DNA of 64,000 bases from Angustibacter luteus. GTDB lineage: Bacteria > Actinomycetota > Actinomycetes > Actinomycetales > Angustibacteraceae. Below are positions 9,508-18,876 of this stretch, in pieces. The notes beneath the pieces were generated by a model. That model had not been told where the DNA came from, searched no databases, and saw nothing but the letters and a program-made list of their open reading frames with translations. The stretch covers positions 186,001-250,000 of the forward strand of contig NZ_BAABFP010000004.1 of assembly GCF_039541115.1 (NCBI RefSeq), read 5' to 3'. The first letter of the stretch is position 1. Each line of letters begins with the position of its first letter. A program made the position numbers and the translations under genes.

Positions 9508-10284
9508 ATGGCTACCACTGCTGACAAGGCCCGCGAGCTCCTCCGCCTGCACACGGACCCCGAGCTCCTGCTCGTGGTCAACGTCTGGGACGTCATCACC
9601 GCACGGGTGGTCGCCGACACTCCTGGGACGAAGGCGCTGGCCACGGCCAGCCACTCGATCGCCGCGGCGTACGGCTACCCGGACGGCGAGCAGATCCCGC
9701 GCGACCTGATGATCGAGGCCGTGGGGCGGATCGCCGCCGCGGTGGACCTGCCGGTCTCGGCAGACCTCGAAGCCGGGTACGGCGACGCCGGCGAGACGGT
9801 CAGCCGGGCCATCGACGTCGGCATCGTGGGCGCGAACCTCGAGGACCAGGTCAAGCCGCTGCCCGACGCCGTCCGCGCCGTCGAGGCCGCCGTCGCCGCG
9901 GGCGAGCGCGCAGGGGTGCCCTTCGTGCTGAACGCCCGTACCGACGCCTTCCTCAAGGCCGGTGACCAGGACCCGGCGGCGGTGCTCGCCGACGCCGTCG
10001 AGCGTGGCCGGGCCTACCTCGACGCCGGGGCGTCCACCTTCTTCGCGCCCGGAAAGCTCGACGAGGCAACGGTCGGCGCGCTGGTCGAGGCGCTCGGCCC
10101 GCAGAAGGTCAACCTGATCGCCGTCCCCGGTTCCCTGAGCCTGGAGACGTTGCAGCGGCTGGGGGTCGCCCGCGTGTCGTACGGGCCGTGGAGCCAGAAC
10201 GTCGCGCTCACTGCGTTGGCCAACCTCGCCGAGTCCGTCTACGCCGGTGGCGCGCTGCCGGACGGCACGCGCAAGCTCAACTGA
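9508..10284 (+). CDS. Isocitrate lyase/PEP-mutase family protein
   Basis: VNVWDV, ATASHSIAA..GYPDGE, PVSADLEAGYG, GANLED, LNARTD, GVARVSYGP. Confidence 0.88.
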   Translation: MATTADKARELLRLHTDPELLLVVNVWDVITARVVADTPGTKALATASHSIAAAYGYPDGEQIPRDLMIEAVGRIAAAVDLPVSADLEAGYGDAGETVSRAIDVGIVGANLEDQVKPLPDAVRAVEAAVAAGERAGVPFVLNARTDAFLKAGDQDPAAVLADAVERGRAYLDAGASTFFAPGKLDEATVGALVEALGPQKVNLIAVPGSLSLETLQRLGVARVSYGPWSQNVALTALANLAESVYAGGALPDGTRKLN

Positions 10285-11224
10285 GCCCTCCGTCTCGACT
10301 GCGAGCCAGGTCGGCCTTGGTCAGGACGGCTCGCGTGGCCAGGTCGACGTCTACCACCGGCCCGCCCTCCTGACCACTGCGATCGATGGCACAGACCACG
10401 ACCTCGACGGTCGCGCCGAGCCCTCGGAGGGCGCAAGCAGCATCCCGAACCGCTCCGCCGGTCGTGAGGACGTCCTCGATCAGCGTCACCCGGCGGCCTT
10501 GCACCTCGGCGCCTTCGGCCAGGCGACGGGTACCGTACTCCTTGGCTTGCTTCCGCACGAAGAGTGCCGGCAGCCCCGTCAGGGAGCTGACCATCGTGGC
10601 GATCGGGACCCCTCCCAGCTCGAGTCCGCCGAGGAGGTCAGTGTTCGCCGGCAGGAGCGGGACCATCCCCTCGGCGACGGCGCGGAGCAGGTCCGGCTGC
10701 GACTCGAAGAGGTACTTGTCGAAGTACTCGCTGGCGATCTGCCCGGACCGCAGGGTGAACGACCCCTGCAGGCGGCACGCAGCGTCGATCCTGCGAGCGA
10801 GGTGAAGGCGGTCCGTGCGCACAGCCTCGGTGCGTTCGAGCAGGGCCCTGAGGCGGTCGAGGTCGGCGCTGACCAGGGCGCCGTCCCGCTCGAACTCCTC
10901 GTCGGTCATGCCCGGGGCACGACGCAGCGTGAACACCACCTCGCACCCGTCGCCGTCCGCGATCGCACGCATCGGCACGTAGACCGTCTCGCCCGTTGGC
11001 GTGAGGACCTCGTGGTCGAGGACGCCGAACTCGTTGCGGGGCGCGAACGCGACAGACGCCTGTCCCTGCTCGGTCGCCACCAGCCACACGCCGTCAACCT
11101 GCTCCACCGAGCCGCCCAGGCCCTGTGCCCACTGCGGCAGGTTGGTCGGGTCGCAGGCGAAGCCGTAGACGGCTGACACCGACCGGTCGATGTGCACGCT
11201 CAGGTGGCGCGAGCCCGTCGTCAT
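10277..11224 (-). CDS. SRPBCC-domain / orotate phosphoribosyltransferase fusion
   Basis: N-terminal SRHLSVHIDR..VY.F..DPTNLPQWAQGL..FAPRNEFGVLDH (SRPBCC); C-terminal FTLRSG..SEYFDKY, GLELGGVP, VRKQAKEYGT, LIEDVLTTGG (PyrE). Confidence 0.8.
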   Translation of the reverse strand: MTTGSRHLSVHIDRSVSAVYGFACDPTNLPQWAQGLGGSVEQVDGVWLVATEQGQASVAFAPRNEFGVLDHEVLTPTGETVYVPMRAIADGDGCEVVFTLRRAPGMTDEEFERDGALVSADLDRLRALLERTEAVRTDRLHLARRIDAACRLQGSFTLRSGQIASEYFDKYLFESQPDLLRAVAEGMVPLLPANTDLLGGLELGGVPIATMVSSLTGLPALFVRKQAKEYGTRRLAEGAEVQGRRVTLIEDVLTTGGAVRDAACALRGLGATVEVVVCAIDRSGQEGGPVVDVDLATRAVLTKADLARSRDGGLS

Positions 11225-11261
11225 CCGGCCATCCTGGCACTCGGTCAGCGCCAGGGCGACG

Positions 11262-11744
11262 TCATCCGATCGCGCTCGTTCCAGCCGGGACGTCGTAGAG
11301 CAGGCGCCGCACGCCCGCCCGGGACGCCATCAGGGCCAGCACCAGCAGCGTCACCGGGATGAAGCCGCCCAGGCTGACCGCATCACCGAAGACGAGGTCC
11401 ACCAGCTCGAGGACGACGAGCTTGCTACCGGCGGCGACCACCCACAGCGACACCGCGGCAACCACTTTCGCGCGTCGGGTCGTGGCGTCCTTGAGCCGCA
11501 CCAGGATCCGGTTCTTCAGCAGGATCACCAGCTCGAGGGCGAGCTTGAGCAGGGCCGCCGTCAGGAGCGACAGGCTGAAGCTCTCGCTGATCACGGCGGG
11601 GACGTACTCGATCGCCAGGTTGAGGACCACGACGTAGACGAAAAGGTCGACGACGTGGCTCGGGCGCGCGCGCAGCCATCGGCGCGCCCCGCCCTGCCGT
11701 GGGCGGGGTTCGTCCGGCGAAGCCTGGCTCGGCGCGCTGCTCAC
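11262..11744 (-). CDS. Hypothetical membrane protein
   Basis: GTG at 11744 overlaps the GNAT stop; four hydrophobic segments. Confidence 0.7.
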   Translation of the reverse strand: MSSAPSQASPDEPRPRQGGARRWLRARPSHVVDLFVYVVVLNLAIEYVPAVISESFSLSLLTAALLKLALELVILLKNRILVRLKDATTRRAKVVAAVSLWVVAAGSKLVVLELVDLVFGDAVSLGGFIPVTLLVLALMASRAGVRRLLYDVPAGTSAIG

Positions 11745-12268
11745 AGCCCGACGGTCGCCGAGCGCAGGATCCCCATCAGCACGATGTCCTCGTAGGCACC
11801 TCGGACCCACGCGTGCTCGCGCTGTCGTCCTTCGATGACGAAACCCGCCTTCTCGTACGCGCGGATCGCGGCAGCATTCGAGGCGATCGCCTGGAGGTGG
11901 ACCCGCCGGAGGTTGCGCCGCACGAAGCCGAACTCGACGAGCTGGACGATCGCGGCCGTGCCGATGCCACGCCCCCGGGCATCCACGGCCAGGTTGATCC
12001 CGGCTTCGGCGTGGCGGGCGAACGAGTCGACGTTGAAGAGCGACGCTCCGCCGACGGCCACCCCGTCGACGTCGACCACGAAGGACACGGACTCATCGAC
12101 GCTGTCGGCGGCGCGGGCCAGCCGAGCGTCGAACTGGGCGCGGGTCAGGGGACGCGGCGCTTCGGCATTCCGCTCCTCCCAGGTACCCAGGTCCCTGGCG
12201 ATCTCGAACAGGACGTCGAGGTCGTCGTCCGTACGGGCTCGCAACGACACGTGGGGCGTCTCCGGCAT
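11741..12268 (-). CDS. RimJ/RimL-type GNAT acetyltransferase
   Basis: ARGRGIGT, NLRRVHL, NAAAIRAYEKAGFVIEG. Confidence 0.88.
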   Translation of the reverse strand: MPETPHVSLRARTDDDLDVLFEIARDLGTWEERNAEAPRPLTRAQFDARLARAADSVDESVSFVVDVDGVAVGGASLFNVDSFARHAEAGINLAVDARGRGIGTAAIVQLVEFGFVRRNLRRVHLQAIASNAAAIRAYEKAGFVIEGRQREHAWVRGAYEDIVLMGILRSATVGL

Positions 12269-12304
12269 TGCCCGACTCTAACGTCGAACGTGACGACGCG
12301 GCCG

Positions 12305-13606
12305 TCAGTCGGGGTCGGACGCCGGGGCCTTGCGACGGATGTCGTAGTGCAGCACCAGGAACGGGAACCCGAAGACCCAGAAGGCGTGCTCGGCCCGAAG
12401 GTGGCCGTCGCTGACGTAGACGTCGAGCTCCTCGCTGAACCCGGGCACGCTCAGCGTGGTCAGGTCGCGGGAGTCGGGGTCGATGTACGAGAGGTAGTGG
12501 CCCGCCTGCGGCACGTCGGTGCGGCTGGTCAGCACCAATCCGCCGCCGGGACGCTCGCGCGGGGCCAACGTGGCCGTGAAGCTCGCCTGCGGCAGCGGGA
12601 AGCCCACGCTGACGTACCCGCGATCGCCGCTGCGGTACGTCGTGTAGATGCCGACGTAGATGGGCTCGTCGTTGTCGGCGAAGGACCGGATCCAGCCACG
12701 GATGTCCAGGGGCTGCCCGTCCTCGCCCGCGGCCGACGTGATGGTGTCGATCCGGCTGCGCACCCCGCGCAGCGCCTCCCGCTGGTTCATCGGGATGCTG
12801 GCCTGCCCGAGTGGCTTGGCCAGGACTGAGCGATAGAGCAGGTAGCCCGGCCGCACCCACTGCCGCCACCGCGGCACGATGTCGAGGGTGAACCGGGTCG
12901 TGTGCTCGTAGAACTCGCGGACGAGCGGATCCACGCGACTCGGGTCGAACTCCGGGCCCGCCAAGGCATCGATCGAGGCCACGATGCCGACGTCGGGTGC
13001 GGACGGCGTGTAGCTGCCGCCGAGCGTGGCGGCCAGGTCGCGCACGTAGCCCGTCCCGACGTAGCGGGTGCGCGACTCCAGCGGCACGACGAACGGCAGG
13101 TCCGCAGCGCTCGCCCGCTCGGCGAGCAGGTTCACCTGGGCGTCCCGGAAGAGCACCGCCGACAGGACCCGGAACATCAGCACCGTGGTGGCGGCGACGA
13201 CGGCGCCTGAGGCTCCGCGTCGCCCCAGCGTCGCGCCGACGGCCGTCCCGACGACGGGGCCGAGCGCCACCTTCTGCGGGCGCAGACCCAGCGTGCCCGC
13301 CACCGCTCCCGAGGCCGTCCCGACCGCGAGAGGTCCCGCACCGGCGCGCTCGGCCAGCCAACCGGCCGGTGCGGCGATCGCCGCGCTCGCCGCGATCCGG
13401 CTCCACAGCGCCGGGATCTCGTTCGGCCGCTGGCGGGAACGGGCGACGGCATCGACCGCTGCCAGACCGACCGCACCGAGAGCGCCGCCGGTGATCGCCC
13501 AGCGCTTGCCCCCGCGGGCGGCCAGGGTCAGCCCGGCCAGCCCGCCGAGGACGGCGGAGAACGCCACGCCACTGCGCCGATCGGCAGCGCCCTGCTGGCC
13601 AGCCAT
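12305..13606 (-). CDS. Hypothetical membrane protein with a conserved C-terminal soluble domain
   Basis: ATG 13606 preceded by TAGGTT -10; hydrophobic N half; [29 protein letters not shown]. Confidence 0.7.
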   Translation of the reverse strand: MAGQQGAADRRSGVAFSAVLGGLAGLTLAARGGKRWAITGGALGAVGLAAVDAVARSRQRPNEIPALWSRIAASAAIAAPAGWLAERAGAGPLAVGTASGAVAGTLGLRPQKVALGPVVGTAVGATLGRRGASGAVVAATTVLMFRVLSAVLFRDAQVNLLAERASAADLPFVVPLESRTRYVGTGYVRDLAATLGGSYTPSAPDVGIVASIDALAGPEFDPSRVDPLVREFYEHTTRFTLDIVPRWRQWVRPGYLLYRSVLAKPLGQASIPMNQREALRGVRSRIDTITSAAGEDGQPLDIRGWIRSFADNDEPIYVGIYTTYRSGDRGYVSVGFPLPQASFTATLAPRERPGGGLVLTSRTDVPQAGHYLSYIDPDSRDLTTLSVPGFSEELDVYVSDGHLRAEHAFWVFGFPFLVLHYDIRRKAPASDPD

Positions 13607-13665
13607 GCGCGGCAACCTACCTGAGGTCCGCGCCAGGATCTGCACTACCCGGTCATACTGAGTGC

Positions 13666-13935
13666 GTGAGTGCGGATGACCTTGAAGCCCTGTCCATGAC
13701 GTACGACCTGGCGGAGGCCGCCTTCCTCGAGGTCGTCCGGGCCGACGGAGCGCGGACGGCGGCCGCGGCGACCGCCCGGCGAGTGGCGAGCGCGGCAAGC
13801 GCGTTCAACGCAGCGGCCCATCGCAAGCTTCATGCCGGCGAGGACGACGCGTGGATGGCCCTGGATCTGCTCACCGAGCGGACCGAGCTGCTCAGCGAGC
13901 TGTGGGAGGGCATCGCGTCCGCCTACGACGCGTGA
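13666..13935 (+). CDS. Hypothetical 89-aa helical protein
   Basis: Fills the gap between opposite-strand genes; CATACT 6 nt before the GTG. Confidence 0.55.
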   Translation: MSADDLEALSMTYDLAEAAFLEVVRADGARTAAAATARRVASAASAFNAAAHRKLHAGEDDAWMALDLLTERTELLSELWEGIASAYDA

Positions 13936-13993
13936 CCCTGTGAGCGTGCCTGCTCGCCCCGTGCCCGCGTGCGCCGGCGAGTAGCAACAGCCC

Positions 13994-16615
13994 TCAGGAC
14001 TGGGCCATGTCCACGAAGCGTGAGTAGTGACCCTGGAACGCGACGGTGATGGTGTCGGTCGGGCCGTTGCGGTGCTTGGCCACGATGAAGTCGGCCTCGC
14101 CGGCGCGCGGCGACTCCTTCTCGTAGGCGTCCTCGCGGTGCAGCAGGATCACCATGTCGGCATCCTGCTCGATGCTGCCCGATTCGCGAAGGTCACTCAT
14201 CTGCGGACGCTTGTCGGTGCGCTGCTCAGGGCCACGGTTCAGCTGGCTGATCGCGATGACCGGGACCTCGAGCTCCTTGGCCAGCAGCTTCAGCGCACGG
14301 GAGAACTCCGAGACCTCCTGCTGGCGGGACTCGACGCGCTTGCCGCTGGACATCAGCTGCAGGTAGTCGATGATCACGACCTTGAGGTCGTGTCGCTGCT
14401 TGAGCCGGCGACACTTGGCCCGGATCTCCATCAGCGACATGTTGGGGCTGTCGTCGATGAACAGCGGGGCATCGGACAGCTCGCCCATCGTGCGGGCCAT
14501 CTTCGTCCAGTCGCTGTCCTCCAACCGGCCCTGGCGCAGCTTCTGCAGCGGGATGCGCGCCTCGGCGCTGAGCATGCGCATCGTGATCTCGGTGCGGCTC
14601 ATCTCGAGCGAGAAGATCACCGAGGTCAGGCCGTTCTTGATGGACGCCGACCGGGCGATGTCGAGGCCCATCGTCGAGTTGTGCGTGGGGATCATCGACG
14701 CTCCGGCGAGGTACAGGTGATCCGCCGCCGCGACCTCGATACACCGGACCGGCACGGAGTCGATCGGCACGACGTCCGTGATGAACCGTGATCCGCGCCG
14801 GGTGAACTGTCGAACCCCACGCTCCTTGTGCAGCAGGCGCTTGCGCTCGAGCCAGAAGACCTCGTCGTCGGTGCTGAACGAGACGGTGAAAGCGGTCGAT
14901 GAGTCGGGACGACGCCCACGCACCGCCTTGTGCGAGACACCACAGCGGTACCCGAGGCTCACGACGAGCTCCCGCACCCCCTCGGCCAGGCGCTCATTCG
15001 TGCTGGTGAACTGGACGAGGCCCGTCGGGGCCACGGTGCCGTCGGTGTCGAGGAGGCCGGCGAGCAGATCGCGACGCTGACGCTCACTGCCGCGCAGGTA
15101 CTCAGCGGGAATGTGCTTGTTGCCGAGAACGCCGATGGTCCGCAGCCGACCCTGAACCGTGCCGAGCTTCCAGTGGCAAGCCTGGCACCGAACCAGACCA
15201 ACAGTCTCGGTGCCGCAGTCCGGGCACCTCGGCTCGGGCATCGGAGGACTGACCAGCCGCGCCCGACCGCCGCAGCTGCGGCTACACGCCTTGACCTGAG
15301 ACGTCTGGGGTGTGAACGACGCCCCGCAGACGACGCACAGCCGCTCGGGCACCTCCACCTCGGTCGGCAGTCGCAGCTGGTAGCGAAGGTGCGTAGCCGT
15401 GGCCGTCACGGCGAGGCCGTCCTGCTCCAGGCGCAGCACGATCTCGGGGTCGGCGCTGGTCAGCGTCGCCGCGAGCGTGGTGCCGTCGCCGAGCCAGGCG
15501 CCCAGCGTGTACGGCTCAAGCAGGAACACCTGCTCGGCCAGCTGCAGTGGCCGCGTGGTGCTCACGCTGTGGTTCAAGCGCCCGTCGGCGGTCTCGCAGC
15601 GAAGCGTGGCCCCGATGTCGGCAGTGGTCCGCACCCCCGGCAGCACGCGCTGCCGACCGTCCCGACGGTGCTTGGCCGCCTGCGCGCTCCGCCGCGACGC
15701 CCTTGTGTCGGTCAGCCACTGGTGCTGCTCGTCGGCGACCAGCATCGAACCGTCCGAGAAGTGCACCTCGTAGCAGGGCCGCCCCGTCATGACCTCGGTC
15801 GCGCCCACCACTCGGGTCGGCACACCGTCCGCGCCGATGACCTCGTCGCCGACCTCGACCTCACCCATCGTCGTCCAGCCGGACGGCGTCGCCAGCGGGG
15901 TGTCGAGCGCGAGCGCCTTGCCGATCGCCGGCCGGGCCGCCAGGACGATCATCTGACCCGGGTGCAGACCGTTCGTCAGCCGGTCGAGGTCGGAGAAGCC
16001 GGTCGGGACGCCGATCATGCCCTCGCCGCGGTGCCCAGCCGCCTCGATCTCGTCCACCGTCGGCTCGATGATCTGGCCGATCGGCAGGTAGTCCTCGCTG
16101 GTGCGCCGCTCGGTGACGGCGTACACCTCGGCCTGGGCGGCGTTGACGATGTCGTCGACGTCCCCGCCGGTCGTCGCGTAGCCGAGCTGGACGATCTTCG
16201 TCCCCGCGTCGACCAGCCGGCGCAGCACCGCCCGCTCACGCACGATCCGGGCGTAGAAGCCCGCGTTCGCCGCCGTCGGCACCGACGAGATGAGCGTGTG
16301 CAGGTACGGCGCGCCGCCGACCCGCGCGTGGTCGCCGCGCTTGTTCAGCTCGTCGGAGACCGTGACCGCATCAGCCGGCTCGCCGCGCCCGTACAGGTCC
16401 AGGATCGCGTCGTAGATCAGCTCGTGCGCCGGACGGTAGAAGTCGTTCCCCCGGAGGACCTCGACGACGTCCGCGATCGCGTCCTTGCTCAGCATCATCC
16501 CGCCGAGCACGGACTGCTCCGCCGCGACATCCTGCGGAGGGGTGCGGTCGAACGACTCGCCAGGCCCGCTCGGCGGCCCGTAGCTCGACGGCGCGTCAAC
16601 GTCCGTGATCGACAC
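13994..16615 (-). CDS. dnaB: Replicative DNA helicase, intein-containing
   Basis: PPQDVAAEQSVLG, GVPTGFSDLD, AARPAIGK|S (Walker A split by intein), FSLEMS, IIDYLQL, DLRESGSIEQDAD, KHRNGPT. Confidence 0.97.
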   Translation of the reverse strand: MSITDVDAPSSYGPPSGPGESFDRTPPQDVAAEQSVLGGMMLSKDAIADVVEVLRGNDFYRPAHELIYDAILDLYGRGEPADAVTVSDELNKRGDHARVGGAPYLHTLISSVPTAANAGFYARIVRERAVLRRLVDAGTKIVQLGYATTGGDVDDIVNAAQAEVYAVTERRTSEDYLPIGQIIEPTVDEIEAAGHRGEGMIGVPTGFSDLDRLTNGLHPGQMIVLAARPAIGKALALDTPLATPSGWTTMGEVEVGDEVIGADGVPTRVVGATEVMTGRPCYEVHFSDGSMLVADEQHQWLTDTRASRRSAQAAKHRRDGRQRVLPGVRTTADIGATLRCETADGRLNHSVSTTRPLQLAEQVFLLEPYTLGAWLGDGTTLAATLTSADPEIVLRLEQDGLAVTATATHLRYQLRLPTEVEVPERLCVVCGASFTPQTSQVKACSRSCGGRARLVSPPMPEPRCPDCGTETVGLVRCQACHWKLGTVQGRLRTIGVLGNKHIPAEYLRGSERQRRDLLAGLLDTDGTVAPTGLVQFTSTNERLAEGVRELVVSLGYRCGVSHKAVRGRRPDSSTAFTVSFSTDDEVFWLERKRLLHKERGVRQFTRRGSRFITDVVPIDSVPVRCIEVAAADHLYLAGASMIPTHNSTMGLDIARSASIKNGLTSVIFSLEMSRTEITMRMLSAEARIPLQKLRQGRLEDSDWTKMARTMGELSDAPLFIDDSPNMSLMEIRAKCRRLKQRHDLKVVIIDYLQLMSSGKRVESRQQEVSEFSRALKLLAKELEVPVIAISQLNRGPEQRTDKRPQMSDLRESGSIEQDADMVILLHREDAYEKESPRAGEADFIVAKHRNGPTDTITVAFQGHYSRFVDMAQS
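14678..15916 (-). mobile_element. Class-3 intein (413 aa) with LAGLIDADG homing endonuclease, inserted in the DnaB P-loop
   Basis: Starts ALALDTPL, ends THN|S; WCT triplet (HQW, VRC, PTHN); LGAWLGDG and LAGLLDTDG motifs. Confidence 0.93.
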
Positions 16616-16751
16616 CCTGCTCCCTCCCAGATCTGACCCGCCCGAACCCCGTCCGCGACCCGAGTAACAGTTGATCAGTAGGCACCGACAACGGCTGGTC
16701 TAGAGCTGGCGGGGACACGCTAGGGGTGTCCGGCCACCAGCTCAAACCCCG

Positions 16752-16894
16752 TTGTGCACAACCCCGATGAGAAGGTGTGGACGACCTGTTGACCGCTGCC
16801 CACAGGCTGTGTGGTTCGTTGTGGACGACGCGCCCGGCCAGCGGGGAGGCCGTGCTCATCACCAGCACCAACGTCGTGCACAGCCTGTGGACAA
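16752..16894. promoter_or_regulatory. DnaA-box cluster upstream of dnaB
   Basis: TTGTGCACA 16752, TGTGGACGA 16776, CTGCCCACA 16796, TGTGGACGA 16820, TCGTGCACA 16874, perfect TGTGGACAA 16886. Confidence 0.75.
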
Positions 16895-16912
16895 AAGAAA
16901 GTTCGAGGGATT

Positions 16913-18262
16913 GTGGTCTTCCGCGCGTCACCTTCTCGCCATCCGGACGGCACCTCCCGTGAGGTCCTCCGCCTGGCGGTGCCCGCCTTCCTCGCACTGG
17001 TCGCCGAACCGCTGTTCCTGCTCGCCGACTCGGCCATCGTGGGCCGCCTCGGCACCGTCCAGCTCGCCGGCCTGGGTGTGGCGTCTGCAGCCCTGGCCAC
17101 GACGGCCGGGGTCTTCGTCTTCCTCGCGTACGGCACGACCGCCTCGGTCTCCCGGCGGGCAGGCGCGGGTGACCTGCTCGGAGCGCTGCGGCTCGGCGTG
17201 GACGGCGTGTGGCTGGCCGTGCTCATCGGTCTCGCCGCCGCCACCACCCTGATCCTGCTCGCCCAGCCGATCGCCGACGCGTTCGGGGCCTCCGGCCCCG
17301 CCACCGACCAGGCGGTCACCTACCTGCGGATCAGCGGGATCGGCGTCCCGGCCATGCTCGTCGTGATGGCCGCCACCGGCGTGCTGCGCGGCCTGCAGGA
17401 CACCCGGACCCCGCTGGTCGTCGCCGTCGCCGGCTTCAGCCTGAACATCGTGCTCAACGTGGTGCTCGTCTACGGCCTCGACCTCGGCATCGGTGGTTCG
17501 GCGCTCGGCACGGTCATCGCGCAGACCGCCATGGCGCTCAGCCTGGTCGCCGTCATCGTGCACGCCCTGCACCGCCAGCACGGCAAGGCACTTGCCCTGG
17601 TACTGCGCCCGCACCCTGGCGGCGTGCTAGCCGCGGCCCGCGACGGCGTCCCGCTGCTCGTCCGGACCCTGGCGCTGCGCGCCGTCCTGCTGCTGACGAC
17701 CTGGGTGGCGGCGTCCGGTGGGGACGTGACGCTGGCCGCCTACCAGGTGTCCGCCACGATCTGGACGTTCCTCGTGTTCGCCCTCGACGCGCTCGCGATC
17801 GCCGCGCAGGCGCTCACCGGCTACGCCCTCGGCGCCGGGGACGTCGAGCGGGCCCGCCGCCTCACCGCGCTGATGGTGCGCTGGGGCGTCGGGTGCGGCG
17901 TCGTCCTGGGCCTGGTCGTGCTCGCGCTGCACCAGGTGCTGCCCGTGCTGTTCACCGAGGACCCGCTGGTGCGGCGCGCGCTGGCCGCCGCGCTGGTGGT
18001 GGTGGCGGTGCAGCAGCCGCTGTCCGGGTTCGTGTTCGTGCTGGACGGCGTGCTGATCGGGGCCGGCGACGGGAGGTGGCTCGCCGTGGCCGCGATCGCC
18101 CAGCTCGTGCTCTACGTGCCGGTCGTGGTGCTGATGCAGGCGGCCGACGTGGCGACGTCCGGGCTGTGGTGGGGGTTCGGCGCGTTCATGCTGGCCCGCG
18201 GGCTGCTGCTCGGGTGGCGCGCCCGCGGCGATCGGTGGGCTGTCGCCGGCGCGACCCGCTGA
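16913..18262 (+). CDS. MATE-family efflux transporter (DinF-like)
   Basis: LAVPAFLALVAEPLFLLADSAIVG, FLAYGTT, GVLRGLQDTRTPL, FALDALAIAAQAL, FVLDGVLIGAGD. Confidence 0.92.
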   Translation: MVFRASPSRHPDGTSREVLRLAVPAFLALVAEPLFLLADSAIVGRLGTVQLAGLGVASAALATTAGVFVFLAYGTTASVSRRAGAGDLLGALRLGVDGVWLAVLIGLAAATTLILLAQPIADAFGASGPATDQAVTYLRISGIGVPAMLVVMAATGVLRGLQDTRTPLVVAVAGFSLNIVLNVVLVYGLDLGIGGSALGTVIAQTAMALSLVAVIVHALHRQHGKALALVLRPHPGGVLAAARDGVPLLVRTLALRAVLLLTTWVAASGGDVTLAAYQVSATIWTFLVFALDALAIAAQALTGYALGAGDVERARRLTALMVRWGVGCGVVLGLVVLALHQVLPVLFTEDPLVRRALAAALVVVAVQQPLSGFVFVLDGVLIGAGDGRWLAVAAIAQLVLYVPVVVLMQAADVATSGLWWGFGAFMLARGLLLGWRARGDRWAVAGATR

Positions 18263-18264
18263 CC

Positions 18265-18338
18265 CTTTCCGCCACTCAGGCCGGTTCTGCGGGTCGAAAA
18301 GCGGACTCAGTGGCGGAAAGCGGACTGAGCGGCGGAAG
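18265..18338. repeat. REP-like element: one left arm plus two tandem right arms
   Basis: CTTTCCGCCACTCAG 18265-18279 is inverse to GCGGACTCAGTGGCGGAAA 18301-18319 and GCGGACTGAGCGGCGGAAG 18320-18338. Confidence 0.65.
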
Positions 18339-18350
18339 CGTCGGGTGGGC

Positions 18351-18396
18351 AAACGGCGGAGGGGCCCGCACCCCGGGTGGGATGCGAGCCCCTTCG
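18351..18396 (-). terminator. Terminator of the rpsF-ssb-rpsR-rplI operon
   Basis: Minus strand CGAAGGGGCTCGCATCCC / GGGGTGCGGGCCCCTCCG followed by CCGTTT. Confidence 0.7.
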
Positions 18397-18413
18397 ACGG
18401 GACCGGACGTCGG

Positions 18414-18860
18414 TCAGCCGGCGACGACCTCGAGGGCCACCTTGGCGGCGACCTCGGGGTGCAGACGCACGCTGACGTCGTGACGGCCGACAGCCTTGAT
18501 CGGCTGGCCGAGCTCGATCTTGCGACGGTCGAGCTGCGGGCCACCGCCCGCGACGACGGCCTCAGCCACGTCACCGGTGGTGACGGCGCCGAACAGACGG
18601 CCACTGGCGCCGGCGTGCGCGACCAGCTTGATCGTCTTGCCCTCGAGCTGCGCCTTCACGGACTGCGCCTGCTCGAGCGTGGCGATCTCGCGGGACGAGC
18701 GAGCCTTGCGGATCGCGTCGACCTGCTTCTGGCCACCCTTGGTCCAGGGCGTGCCCAGCGAGCGCGGGATCAGGAAGTTGCGGGCGTAGCCGTCCTTGAC
18801 GTCGACGACGTCGCCGGGCGCACCGAGGCCGGTGACCTCCTGGGTCAGGATGAGCTTCAT
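18414..18860 (-). CDS. rplI: 50S ribosomal protein L9
   Basis: [43 protein letters not shown]. Confidence 0.97.
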   Translation of the reverse strand: MKLILTQEVTGLGAPGDVVDVKDGYARNFLIPRSLGTPWTKGGQKQVDAIRKARSSREIATLEQAQSVKAQLEGKTIKLVAHAGASGRLFGAVTTGDVAEAVVAGGGPQLDRRKIELGQPIKAVGRHDVSVRLHPEVAAKVALEVVAG

Positions 18861-18876
18861 GTGTCTCGTCCCCCGA

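Noticed and set aside
16892..16906. LexA box upstream of the DinF-like MATE
   Set aside because: Only the right half-site (GTTCGA) matches; the left half CAAAA is a poor match to CGAAC
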